A DNA stretch of 64,000 nucleotides, from positions 594,110 to 658,109 of the forward strand of contig RHPI01003488.1 of NCBI GenBank assembly GCA_009103225.1. Direction: 5' to 3'. The translations under genes were made by a program, and so were the position numbers. The stretch's first letter is position 1; each line of letters opens with the position of its first letter. The stretch is from Chlorokybus atmophyticus (lineage: Eukaryota > Plantae > Mesostigma and Chlorokybus algae). This document shows, piece after piece, positions 1 through 10,141 of the stretch. The notes beneath the pieces are model-generated. The model saw only the letters and a list, made by a program, of their open reading frames with translations, was not told the DNA's origin and searched no databases.

Positions 1-189
1 AAAAAGGGTAAAAAGCCGTTTGGCAAGAAACCCTTTAAGCCAGCCTACCAGGGCAAGGCAAGACTCTCCAGTGAAGAGAAGGAGAGAAGAGCTCGGGAAG
101 GTTTATGCTTCAATTGTGGCGAAAAGGGGCATATAGCCTCCAAGTGCCCGAAGAAGGGAGCAAAGCCGACCGAGGATCCCACCAAGTGA
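1..189 (+). CDS. gag: gag C-terminus with CCHC zinc knuckle (partial)
   Basis: Frame 1 reads KKGKKPFGKK...GLCFNCGEKGHIASKCPKKGAKPTEDPTK and ends at TGA 187-189. Confidence 0.9.
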   Translation, partial: KKGKKPFGKKPFKPAYQGKARLSSEEKERRAREGLCFNCGEKGHIASKCPKKGAKPTEDPTK

Positions 190-3100
190 CGGTGTGGGGT
201 GGTTGCTTGTATAGGAACGGCGCCAAAGGAGCAAAGTAGTGGGCGACTTGAGAACAATAGTTGTATAGCTACAACGATGAAGTTGCCTATGAAATGCGAT
301 GTTTGTTTTGGGAATGAGTTTGAAGATTTGCCAAGAATTAATTCACTTGAGGTAGGGCATGAGCGAATTCTCATATGCGTGCCACTTCGTGAGTTAACAA
401 GTACTTTGACAAATTATTGGCAACTAAAGCAAACTAACCCCGAAATTAAGGCGTGTGTTCTAACACCTAAATATTATGGTAAGTGGAAAAGGTTGTTAGG
501 CGGTATGCGCCGTATGGGCACATTACCAAGGGCCAAATCACCTTTTGCCACTGACTTGCAAATATGGTGTGATGACGCAAGTGATCGCCGAGGTTCACAG
601 ATAAATCCTAGGCTAAGTATGGTCTTCGATGCATTAGTGAATGAGAGGGCGTGTGGTGTCTTAGTCGACACTGGTGCCTTAGAAAATTTCGTAAGTGCCG
701 AATTGGCAAAAAGGGTCTCGGCCACCATTGAAACTACCAATGCTAGGGCAAGCCTAGTAGGTGAGTTACATTGTGAAGTAAGTGGCGTGACAGAGTTGCT
801 AATTCGAATGGGGGATTATAGGACCAAAATTAAGCTGTATGTGGTCAAGTCCCTTATTTCAGGCATAGACGTGATATTAGGTGATAGTTGGCAAAAGCAC
901 ATGAACTTAGAATTAACAAGCGTGCCACCTTCTATTACAATCACACAAGGTGACAAGCGTTTTGCTTTGACACCTAGTAGGAACCGTAAGCCTAATAGAA
1001 GGAGTAAACCCACCATTGACCCAATTGATCAATGGTTAAAGGGTGACTCCGAATTGGCTGTAGGTTGCCTAAGCATAGTGGGGGACTTGGAAGAGTCAAG
1101 TGAAATTGATTGGGAAAAGGTACACCCGGTGGTGAGGGAGTTTATGGATATATTCTCCGCGGATCTACCAAGTGCACCGGCAAATAGGTTTGTCTAATGT
1201 AATTTTTGCCGAAACGAAGGGAGGCAAGCTCCGAATGTGTGTTGATTATAGGTCATTAAATGCACAAACGGTGATGAATGCCTTCCCCTTACCGCGTTTG
1301 GATGATTTGTATGATCAACTAGTTGGGAAGTCGTGGTTTAGCACCCTCGACCTAACTAGTGGTTATCACCAAATACCTATCGCGATAGAAGATAGGTATA
1401 AGACAGGGTTTAAAACCCCTATGGGTCATTATGAATATACGGTGATGCCATTTTGCTTGTGCAATGCGCCGGCCACATTCCAAGCGGTAATGAATGAAGT
1501 ATTTAAAGAGGAGGTAGGGAAATTCGTCCTAGTGTACTTGGATGATGCTATTGTATTTTCAAGTACAAAAGAGGAACATGTGCTTCATTTACGAAAAGCC
1601 TTGAGTAGGCTAAGGGAGCATAAGTTCTTGGCGAATTTCAAGAAGTGTGACTTCTTTGCTAGGGAAGTAGAGTACTTGGGTAATATTGTGAGTGAAGAAG
1701 GAATAAAAGGCGATCCTAAGAAACTCGAAAGGGTTAAAGACTAGGCAGTTCCTAAGAATGTAACGGAGTTACAGAAATTCTTGGGTTTTTGCCTATGGTT
1801 CCGCCGTTTTATTTTAGGCTATTCAATTATAGCCGCCCCACTCACTACTTTGACAAGTACCCGAAAACCCTTCGAATGGGGTCTTAAGGAGCAACAAGCC
1901 TTTGAAAGGCTTAAGGCTGCTATGACCTCACTTCCGGTATTGAAGTTGCCGGAAACGGACAAGCCATTTGAGGTAACAAGTGATGCCTCTTTGGCAGGAA
2001 CCGGGGCTATACTAGTGCAAGAGGGGCATCCAGTAGCCTTTGAAAGTTTCAAGTATAAGCCCGCGAGAAGAATTACTCAACCACCGATCAAGAATTATTA
2101 GGTGTTGTGAAAGCGTTGCATAGATGGAGGTGTTACTTAGAGGGGAGACATTTTAAGGTGATAACTGATCACAACCCCTTAGTGCACCTAAATACGCAAC
2201 CTAATTTGTCGCGACGCCAAGTAAGGTGGCATGAGTATTTGGTGCGATATGATTTTGATTGGGAATATAGGCCAGGTAGGATAAATGCGGCAGATCCTTT
2301 AAGTAGGCATCCCGCATTATCCGAGGATTTGGCGTTACTTGCATTGGATTATGTGAGTGACATTCCTAACCAAATAATCGCAAGTTATACTAATTGCCCG
2401 GAGTTCCTTTTGGAATACAACCAAGTGTTAAAACCACATGGGGCATTTTGGTATAAAGATGAAGAAAAGATTGCGGTTCCAATAGATGGGTCACTTAGGT
2501 CAAAGGTGATTGAAGAATCACATAATCCCCCTTACCGTGGCCATTTTGGTATAAGGAAAACTACCGAGTCTTTGGCTAGGAGGTATTGGTGGCCGACCTT
2601 AAGAATTGATGTTGAAAGTTTTGTAAAGAATTGTGACTCATGCCAAAGGAATAAATCCGTAAGGACAAAACCGGCCGGGAAATTACAACCTTTGCCCATA
2701 CCAGAGGGGGCTTGGAAGTCAATGTCTGTTGACTTCATAGTCCAATTACCTAAAACGGTAAAAGGGAATAATGGAATGGTTGTATTTGTAGACCGGTTTA
2801 GTAAGGTTGTTCACTTAGAACCAACTCCTCCAAAATTTACGGGCGAGGATTTTGCCCATGCCTTTTTCAGGAGATGGTATTCACAACATGGGATGCCCGT
2901 GGATATGATTTCGGATAGGGATTCGCGGTTCACTTCCGCCTTTTGACGTGAATTATGTGATACATTAAGTTTGGATAATAAGTTATCCACCGCGTTTCAC
3001 CCTCAAACAGATGGGCAAACCGAGCGTGTGAATCAGACAGTGGAACAACTATTGAGGCATTACTCACTAAAGAATATTAGAGATTGGGATACATATCTCC

Positions 3101-3789
3101 CTTTCGTTGAGTATGCCATCAATGATTTAGTGAATGAGTCAACGGGGATGACACTATTTTATATTGGTTATGGCCGCCATCCATTGAGTCCAGTTGAGGC
3201 TTTAATGGAGAATATGGGGGCTAGGAAAAGAGTCAACCCCTCGGCTCAAATTTTGGCTCAACGAATAGGGCAGGTGCAAAATGAGGCCAAGAGGGCCTTA
3301 TTAGCAACCCAAAATCGTATGCGTCAATATGCCGATGCCAAGAGGGCAGAGGCCGTGTTTGAAGTGGGACAAGACGTCCTACTTAGCACAAAGAATGTGA
3401 GGATGGAGTTTCTCGATGGGGCCCGAAAACTATTACCCCGATGGCTTGGACCATTTAAGGTAATAGAAAAGATAGGGGCTATGGCATTCAAGTTAGAATT
3501 GCCACCGAGTCTTAAGATACATAATGTATTTCATGCCTCGCTATTGAGAACCTATTACTCAGATGGGTCGGTGCAGCCACCACCACCCCCAATGTTTATA
3601 GAAGGAGATTGGGAGTATGAAGTTGAGGGTATAATAACCCACAAAGGCCGGAAAGGCAGATCTCCCAGTTACTTTGTGAAATGGAAGGGTCATCCGTTCG
3701 AAGCATGTGAATGGGTTGACGAACCTAACATGCGATCACCGCTTCTGATAAAGAAATATTGGAGGGAGCTAACGGTTGCCCAAAGATGA
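190..3789 (+). pseudogene. pol: pol (Dam-like domain, protease, RT, RNase H, integrase, chromodomain), disrupted
   Basis: Fragmented into ORFs 199-1197, 1172-1744, 1781-2101, 2107-2946 and 2971-3789. Compared with copy 2 it has a ~152-bp deletion near 1195 in the RT N-terminus, TGG>TAG at ~1742, TGG>TGA at ~2944 and a frameshift near 2070. Confidence 0.93.
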
Positions 3790-3935
3790 AGTCCAGGTAG
3801 GTCCATTTCTGAAAATATATATTTTTCGCCTTTAGAAATAGTTCCACGTTTTGACCTATCAAGTTACTGATCATGGCTTGTTTTCCTACGTTGGAAAGCG
3901 TGGAGAAAGAAATTGAGCAGAGACGCTCAATAACT

Positions 3936-3945
3936 AAAGGGGGGG
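3936..3945 (+). other. polypurine tract of Gypsy A copy 1
   Basis: AAAGGGGGGG immediately before the TG start of the 3' LTR. Confidence 0.85.
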
Positions 3946-3948
3946 CAT

Positions 3949-5413
3949 TGTTACGGCCTAGCTACTACAGCTGGTCATGTACAGTGTATATATAAGTTTA
4001 ATTAGCGAGAGACAAAAGTTTAATAAACCTTGGTTGGATTATCTTGGTTTGTTATAAAAGGTTTGAATGCGTGTGTTTGTGTTTGAGCTTTAACACGAAT
4101 GCAATGCATCGCTAATTATAGGCCTGGCTAGTTAGAGCATTTGAATGCATCTAATTAGAAGTGGTTGACTAGGAATTACCCTATTCATGAATGTATGGGC
4201 GTCTTGAGTAGGAAGATAAAAGCACATGGCTTTAGTATAACGATTTATTAACGCGATGTGGGCTTATGGGGCCAATCGCGTGAAACATCATAGGAAAAAG
4301 CATGTGTAATTATAAGGTTCATTTAGGCCAATCCAAGGCGGCTTATTTGGATCAGATGAATAGAGCGAAGTAGCCTCTCTTAGGGTGAACAAAAAGGACT
4401 TCGCGAAATGAGTTCGCGAAGGGGTTGATTCACCTGCGAAGTGAATCAACATAGTGAACTAAATTAGTTCACTAGTTCAGTTACGAACATGAACTAAAAT
4501 AGTTCACTAAGGGTTCGTAAGTGAATTAAAATAGTTCACTGGTTCAGTTACGAACATGAACTAAAATAGTTCACTGGTTCAGTTACGAACATGAACTAAA
4601 ATGGTTCACTGAGTCAGCTACGAACATGAACTAAAATAGTTCACTAAGGGTTCGTAAGTGAACTAAAATAGTTCACTGGTTCAGTTACGAACATGAACTA
4701 AAAGTAGTTCACTAAGGGTTCGTAGTGAACTAAGTGAACTAAGTAAACTAAGTGAACTAAGTGAATCACCCTAATATGAGGGAACTAATAGAAGAGGGAG
4801 CCAAAAGTGAATCACTGGTGAACCAAGTTAGTTCACTAGTAGAGTGATTCATAAAGCCGACAAGGTAGTGAACTAAAGTTGATTCACTAGTGAATCAACT
4901 ATTAGATCACTTCGCGACGCGACGTCGCGACAGAAAATCGGCTAAGGCATATGCCCCCTCCCGCGTGTGCCGATACGCAGCGCGTGACAGCGCCGTCTGC
5001 CATGGCCGCAAGCACAAAAATTGCGGATTAGCATTATTGGTCACTTTGCAGAATGCCAGTGAACTAATGCCGGGTGAACTAAACTAATCACTTGGGTGAG
5101 TGAATGGGGATCTGGTAGGGGGCTTTGAACCAAGTAGGTCTTAGCCAAGATAGTTCCTAGTAAAGCTCATGGCGATGGATTTCGCCATAAAAAAGGAGCC
5201 AGTCGCGGGTGGAGGGTAGCCGCCGCACGACTTGTGCTCTGGGCTTTTGGGGCTAAGGTAGGGGTACCTAAGCTAGGTGACCATAACCCTTAAGTTGCCA
5301 AGTAGTTGTTCATTCAACGAAAGGTGGTTAAGGGAGTGTACAGTCACTACATGTAAAGTGTGTGATCACTGTACATAGTTTTAAGTGATAATTACCCCTC
5401 GCCCGGCGTAACA
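3949..5413 (+). repeat. 3' LTR of Gypsy A copy 1 (1465 bp)
   Basis: Termini TGTTACG...CGTAACA; homologous over its length to the reverse complement of 46200-47626 and 52867-54233. Confidence 0.95.
4432..4900. repeat. array of palindromic AGTGAACT-N5-AGTTCACT motifs and ~34-60 bp tandem units inside LTR A
   Basis: Repeated unit GTTCAGTTACGAACATGAACTAAAATAGTTCACT plus many GTGAAC/GTTCAC half sites; copy number differs among the three LTRs. Confidence 0.9.
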
Positions 5414-7390
5414 CGCGCATAGCTGCTCCCTTGACTGCCCTACTCAAGAAGGGAAAGCCTTAGAGCTGGTCAGCAACAGAGGAACATGCATTTGCTGCGT
5501 TGAAGAAGGTGCTGACGGAAGCACCAGTCCTGGCTCACCCCGACATGGAAAAGACATTGAGTTTTGCTTGCGACGCGTCCGACACAGCCGTAGGAGCTGT
5601 TTTGCAGCAAGACCATGGCAACGGCCTTCAACCATTAGCATTCTTCAGCAAGAAGATGAGTGGTGCGGAGCTGAATTACCCCGTGCACGAGAAGGAACTT
5701 TTGGCGCAAGTAATGGCGCTACGACAATGATGTTGTTTTCTGGAAGGCAAAAAGTTTATGCTTGAGATGGATCACTCTCCACTAAGGTACTTACAAACAC
5801 AACGTCATCTAAGTCGCAGACAAGCACGATGGCTGGAGTTCTTTCAACTTTTTGACTTCGATATCAAAAACAAGCCCGGTACGTCAAATGGTGTTGCTGA
5901 CGCGCTGAGCCGGCTTAATGCAATTGAGGCACTCGCTCAAGTGCAGCCCGAGTGGACCGACCAGATTCGACAAGTGCTTCGTGAAGACACGGAGGGTATG
6001 AGAGTGCTGCAGAGCTGGAAAGTGCAGCTACGGACACAAGTAGGCATTGGTCAATGTGCGACGGGCTGCTATGGCACCACGGGCGCTTGTACATCCCCAA
6101 CGTCGCGCATATCCGTGTGAAGTTGCTGAAGGAAGCTCATGACGTGCCCATTGCTGGTCACCAAGGGTTGGAGAGGACTTTGACAAGCTTGAAGCAGCGT
6201 TTTTACTGGCGAGAGATGCATCGCGATGTGCGCGACTACGTGGCGTTGTGCGACGCATGCCAAAGGGTGAAGGCAAGCAACCAAAAGCCAGGTGGGTTGC
6301 TGCAACCTCTCCCTGTGCCATTGTCCAAGTGGGAGCAAGTTACCATGGACTTTATCACGGGGCTACCAAAGACAAAAGAAGGGTACGACGCTATACTTGT
6401 GTATCGTCGACAAACCAGCAAAATGGTACGCTTGGCACCGTGTGGTGAGTCTTGCACGGCACCGGAGGCAGCACGCTTGTTCGTGAAGCATGTGTTTCGT
6501 TCTCATGGATTACCACGAAGCATTGTGAGTGATCGCGACCCGCGCTTTGCAAGTAAGTTTTGGGAGGCGCTGCTAGTGCACTGGGTACCACACTGAAGTT
6601 TAGCACGGCATTCCACCCGCAAACTGAGGGGCAAATGGAACGGGCCAACCGTGTGATCGAGGACATGCTGCGTTGCTACATTAACGCGCGACAAGACAAT
6701 TGGGCGGAGCTGCTTGAGTTGGTGGAGTTTGCGATCAACAACCACCACAATGCAAGCACAGGTGTCACTCCCTTCCTTATGAACTACGGGCAACATCCAT
6801 TGACACCATTGACGGCATGGACACCGCGACGACATGACGTGCGTGTGGAGGCAGCTAATGACTTCCTCACAAAGTGCGCGGACATTAATAAGGCGGCTAC
6901 GGAGGCGCTATTGGTGGCACAAAACAGACAGAAGCAGTACGCGGACGCGCATCGCCGACACCTCACATTTCAGGAAGCCGACATTGTGTTACTATCCGCG
7001 AAGCATGTACAAGTGCGTACGGGAGTTCGCAAGCTGAATGAACGCTGGTTGGGACCATTTAAGGTCAGCAAAGTTATTTTGGACGTGGCGTACAAGCTGG
7101 AGCTACCCGAATCCATGCGTGTGCACCCCGTTTTTCACGTCTCCCTCTTGAAGGCATATCGAGGACAACCGCCAGAAAGGCCGCCCCCCGAAGTTGGCAC
7201 AGATGGTGAACCAGAGTGGGAGGTAGAAGACATCCTTGGTAAGAAGTTTGTGCATGGCGTGCGCAAGTTTTTAGTGCAATGGAAGGGCTATCCATTGCAT
7301 GAAGCAACCTGGGAGCCAGAGGCACACTTGGCTAATGCTCGAGACGTTGTACGTGACTATCTTGCTCGACGCCAACCTCGCGAGCTTTGA
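5414..7390 (+). pseudogene. pol: family B pol 3' part (RNase H, integrase, chromodomain) with stops and frameshifts
   Basis: ORF pieces 5500-5730, 5758-6120, 6054-6596 and 6560-7390 in shifting frames; TGA at an expected Trp after LRQ (~5728). Confidence 0.9.
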
Positions 7391-7418
7391 GGACGAAGCT
7401 CACCTAGAAGGGGAGGAG

Positions 7419-8252
7419 TGTAACAATCAAAGCCATATTTCGTGATTTTCATGGCCATTTCAAGCCATATTTGTGAGGTATCATGTTTTTCATGACTTGT
7501 GGCGGATATCGACCGGCGAGTTGCGAGTCTGCCGCAGATATCGACCGGCCCAGGGCCAGTCTTGAAGACGCCAGAAAACGGAGGGCCAGTCGAGAAGGGC
7601 TCGACCAGATTTTCGGAAGGGCCTGGCGCCAAGTAGTATAACTTGACCATATGAGCAGCAAATGAGGAGATCTTTGGTGCGTCGGAAAGGTCTAGAAGTG
7701 TACTACAAGATTCTGCAAGAATATCTTAGCTTCTAGTTCCGTCTAGCGCTAGAATCGTCTAGACAGTAGCATGTGCAGACTGGTAGGTATAAAAGTGACA
7801 TTCTACAATTTGCAATACAACCTTTAGCTCCCTAGTTTCTTGTGTGCAAGCCTGGTGGTGGTTAGCAGGGGTTGCTAGCGTGTCCACTGGTGTGTGCTTG
7901 CTTGTGTGACGATCCAAGGCGCTACACGAGTCGGTGTGTAGCTTGGAGCGCATGCGCGTGCGTACGCGAGTGGCAGGGCACGCGTGTGTGCTTGGCAGAG
8001 GGGGCAAGGTTCCGGTGTGAATACCGTGTCTTGGTGAGAGGGTTGTTGATTGGACCAACTCACAGGTGACAAGGCACGAGCACCGTCACACATAGGCTCA
8101 AGAGCAGACTTACGTGAGAGCATACCCCATAAGCACTACACTTGCTTATGAGGAATGAGTCCCCACTGAGTCTCAACTTACTAACATAAGTAACGAACCG
8201 AGAATGACTTTTGCCAGCCTTATAAGCGTGACAGAAGACATGTGCTATTACA
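7419..8252 (+). repeat. 3' LTR of Gypsy B (approximate right end)
   Basis: Begins TGTAACA right after the PPT. TATTACA at 8246-8252 completes a TGTAA/TTACA terminal inverted repeat. No second LTR in the window to confirm the end. Confidence 0.65.
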
Positions 8253-8589
8253 CCGCCGCAGTTAGGTAACACCGTGACGCACGCACGCGCTGCACGTGTG
8301 CATGCTCACCGAATCAAAGGCTTTGGTATTGTAGGTGCGTCAATCGTACTATCGCACAAGTCCCTTAAGTATTACACACAAACAATATCATCAGTCAATC
8401 CGTACGAGGCAATCCGTAGCACTTGCGGACTCGTTTATTATTATTAAATAAATTTTTGTCAAATAGATTTTGGTCTTCAAGTCAATAAAAACTCATCCCT
8501 ACTTGATACCAATAAAACCACATTAATAAAATAGGCCTATACGTTAAGTCAGTTTTCATATTAACTTCAAGTTGTAATTGTCCAAATTG

Positions 8590-9175
8590 TACAGTGTGTA
8601 ACATACAACGCTTTACTTGAAACATGTTACATGCGGCGTACCGTAATATTGTAGATGCTTTAATATGTTAATAATTACATTTACTTTACCGACTGACTGG
8701 TTGCAGAATATCCATGCGATCGTGCTTAAGTCATGCACATGAGCAGTTGTTAGTGCGCCAATTAAATGTGTACACGTGTATGTATAATATACCCATAAGC
8801 GAAGCTCACAAGTATACCCACAAGCACATGTAAACATATACTCGGCGCACTAACAAGCACATGTGCATGACTTACGCAGGATCGCATGGATATACTACAA
8901 GCAGTCAGTCAGTAAAGTAAATATAATTAATTAACATATTAATTTGCATTTAACAGCTACATTAAGATACTTAAGGTATTATTACCTAAGTACTGTGTCA
9001 TTTTTTGTGTGTGCTATAAATAACAAAATCAACTTCTCTAATGCAATATATTATGGTTAAGTGTGTACATGAAAATGTGCACTACTTAAGAAGACACTTG
9101 ACACAAGGAATAGCGGACGCACATGTGGAAATTGTGTGATATGTGCGTTCAATACAAACTTCGCGCATTCTGTGG
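8590..9175 (+). repeat. AT-rich dispersed repeat, homologous to 28540-28950
   Basis: Collinear shared blocks such as ATCCA(T/C)GCG(A/C)TCGTGC, TTGCATT..CA.CTACATTAAG and GTGTGTACATGAAAAT(G/A)TGCA...CAATACAAACT in both locations. Confidence 0.7.
8662..8940. repeat. long inverted repeat (arms 8662-8759 and 8844-8940, ~84-nt loop)
   Basis: The reverse complement of arm 2 aligns to arm 1 with only scattered mismatches (AATATGTTAA..TTTACTTTAC.GACTGACTG..ATATCCATGCGATC..AAGTCATGCACATG..TTGTTAGTGCGCC). Confidence 0.85.
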
Positions 9176-9778
9176 TTAAGACGGGTAACAAAATCCAGCA
9201 TATACACACGCGAGTTGTGACGCATAAACACAGGCGATTATCAATAACAACATATACGACTTGAGCTCCTAAAGTATGGTTACCTCATGCACGCGGATTA
9301 ACTTGGACACATGCAATTGGGCTGTACGCTTCATGTTACAGTGTAAGGGTCTCAGTCAATTCGCAGGGTTTCGCCACTTGCACCTCCCGTCAGAGCCTCA
9401 GAGGTTGCACCACATTTTCAAACTTGTAAAAGCTGTAATGTGTTTCAAATTCTGATGCAACGGTGCTGGCGCCAATGTGTGTACGTAGCGACTCCCACAA
9501 GATCCAAGTTGACGGTGAACAGCTAACTCATGGTCTGACTGCTGGGCAATCAATCATCCGAATGCATGCAGCGTCTGTGTTGCTGGTCGTCGAACCCGGC
9601 TAGATGTGCAACCGCGGTACATTCAAGTTGTAGCCGGCCGACACTACACTAGGGCGGGGCACTGGCTGCTGCCTTTAGGCGTCCAAGTTGTTTTAGGAGA
9701 AGGTGGGGCGGGGCGGGGCGCTTGGGCTCACAGCGCAAGGACGTCGCCGCCGCCGCCGCCATTCCTTCCTGAGCGCTC

Positions 9779-10063
9779 GTGCTGGGTGATGTGCTGCCGA
9801 GCATCATGCTGACCCGCATGGTCGTGGGCAGACGGCAGGTCTTGTGGGAAGCCATGGGCCTCGGCGAAGTAGGCGGCGTTGCTGAGGCGCCGTTGGCCGC
9901 TGCAATAGCCCTCTCCGACAGAGCAGCAGAGTGCCAGCAGAAGCGGCGCAAGAAGAAGCGGAAGCAGCAGCAGAAGGCCTCGGCAGCGGCCAAGGTACGG
10001 GTCATGCATGCCTGGTGAAGCCATTGTGCTGCTCAGTTGCGCTGCACACGTTTTGCATGTGCA

Positions 10064-10141
<78 letters not shown>

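Larger units (their letters stand above)
1..5413 (+). mobile_element. Ty3/Gypsy chromovirus-type LTR retrotransposon, family A copy 1 (5' part outside window; defective)
   Basis: CCHC knuckle (CFNCGEKGHIASKC), protease (VLVDTGALENF), RT (LRMCVDYRSLN, YLDD), RNase H, integrase (HNPPYRGHFG..CDSC, GQTERVN, GPF), C-terminal chromodomain (EYEVEGIITHK..YFVKWKGHP), PPT, then an LTR homologous to the two LTRs at 46200 and 52867. Confidence 0.97.
5414..8252 (+). mobile_element. Ty3/Gypsy chromovirus-type element, family B (3' portion, interrupted by family A)
   Basis: Starts mid-pol (IAAPLTALLKKGK...APVLAHPD) and continues through RNase H (DASDTAVGAVLQQ, YPVHEKELLA), integrase (HDVPIAGHQG..CDAC, GQMERAN, GPF) and chromodomain (EWEVEDILGKK..FLVQWKGYP). 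PPT AGAAGGGGAGGAG at ~7406-7418. Much higher GC than family A. Confidence 0.93.

Noticed and set aside
45-2738. Antisense ORFs within the Gypsy pol (and equivalents in copy 2)
   Set aside because: Shadow frames of coding sequence with no motifs.
4432-4900. CRISPR-like array
   Set aside because: The units lack unique spacers, lie inside an LTR present three times, and there are no cas genes in this eukaryotic context.
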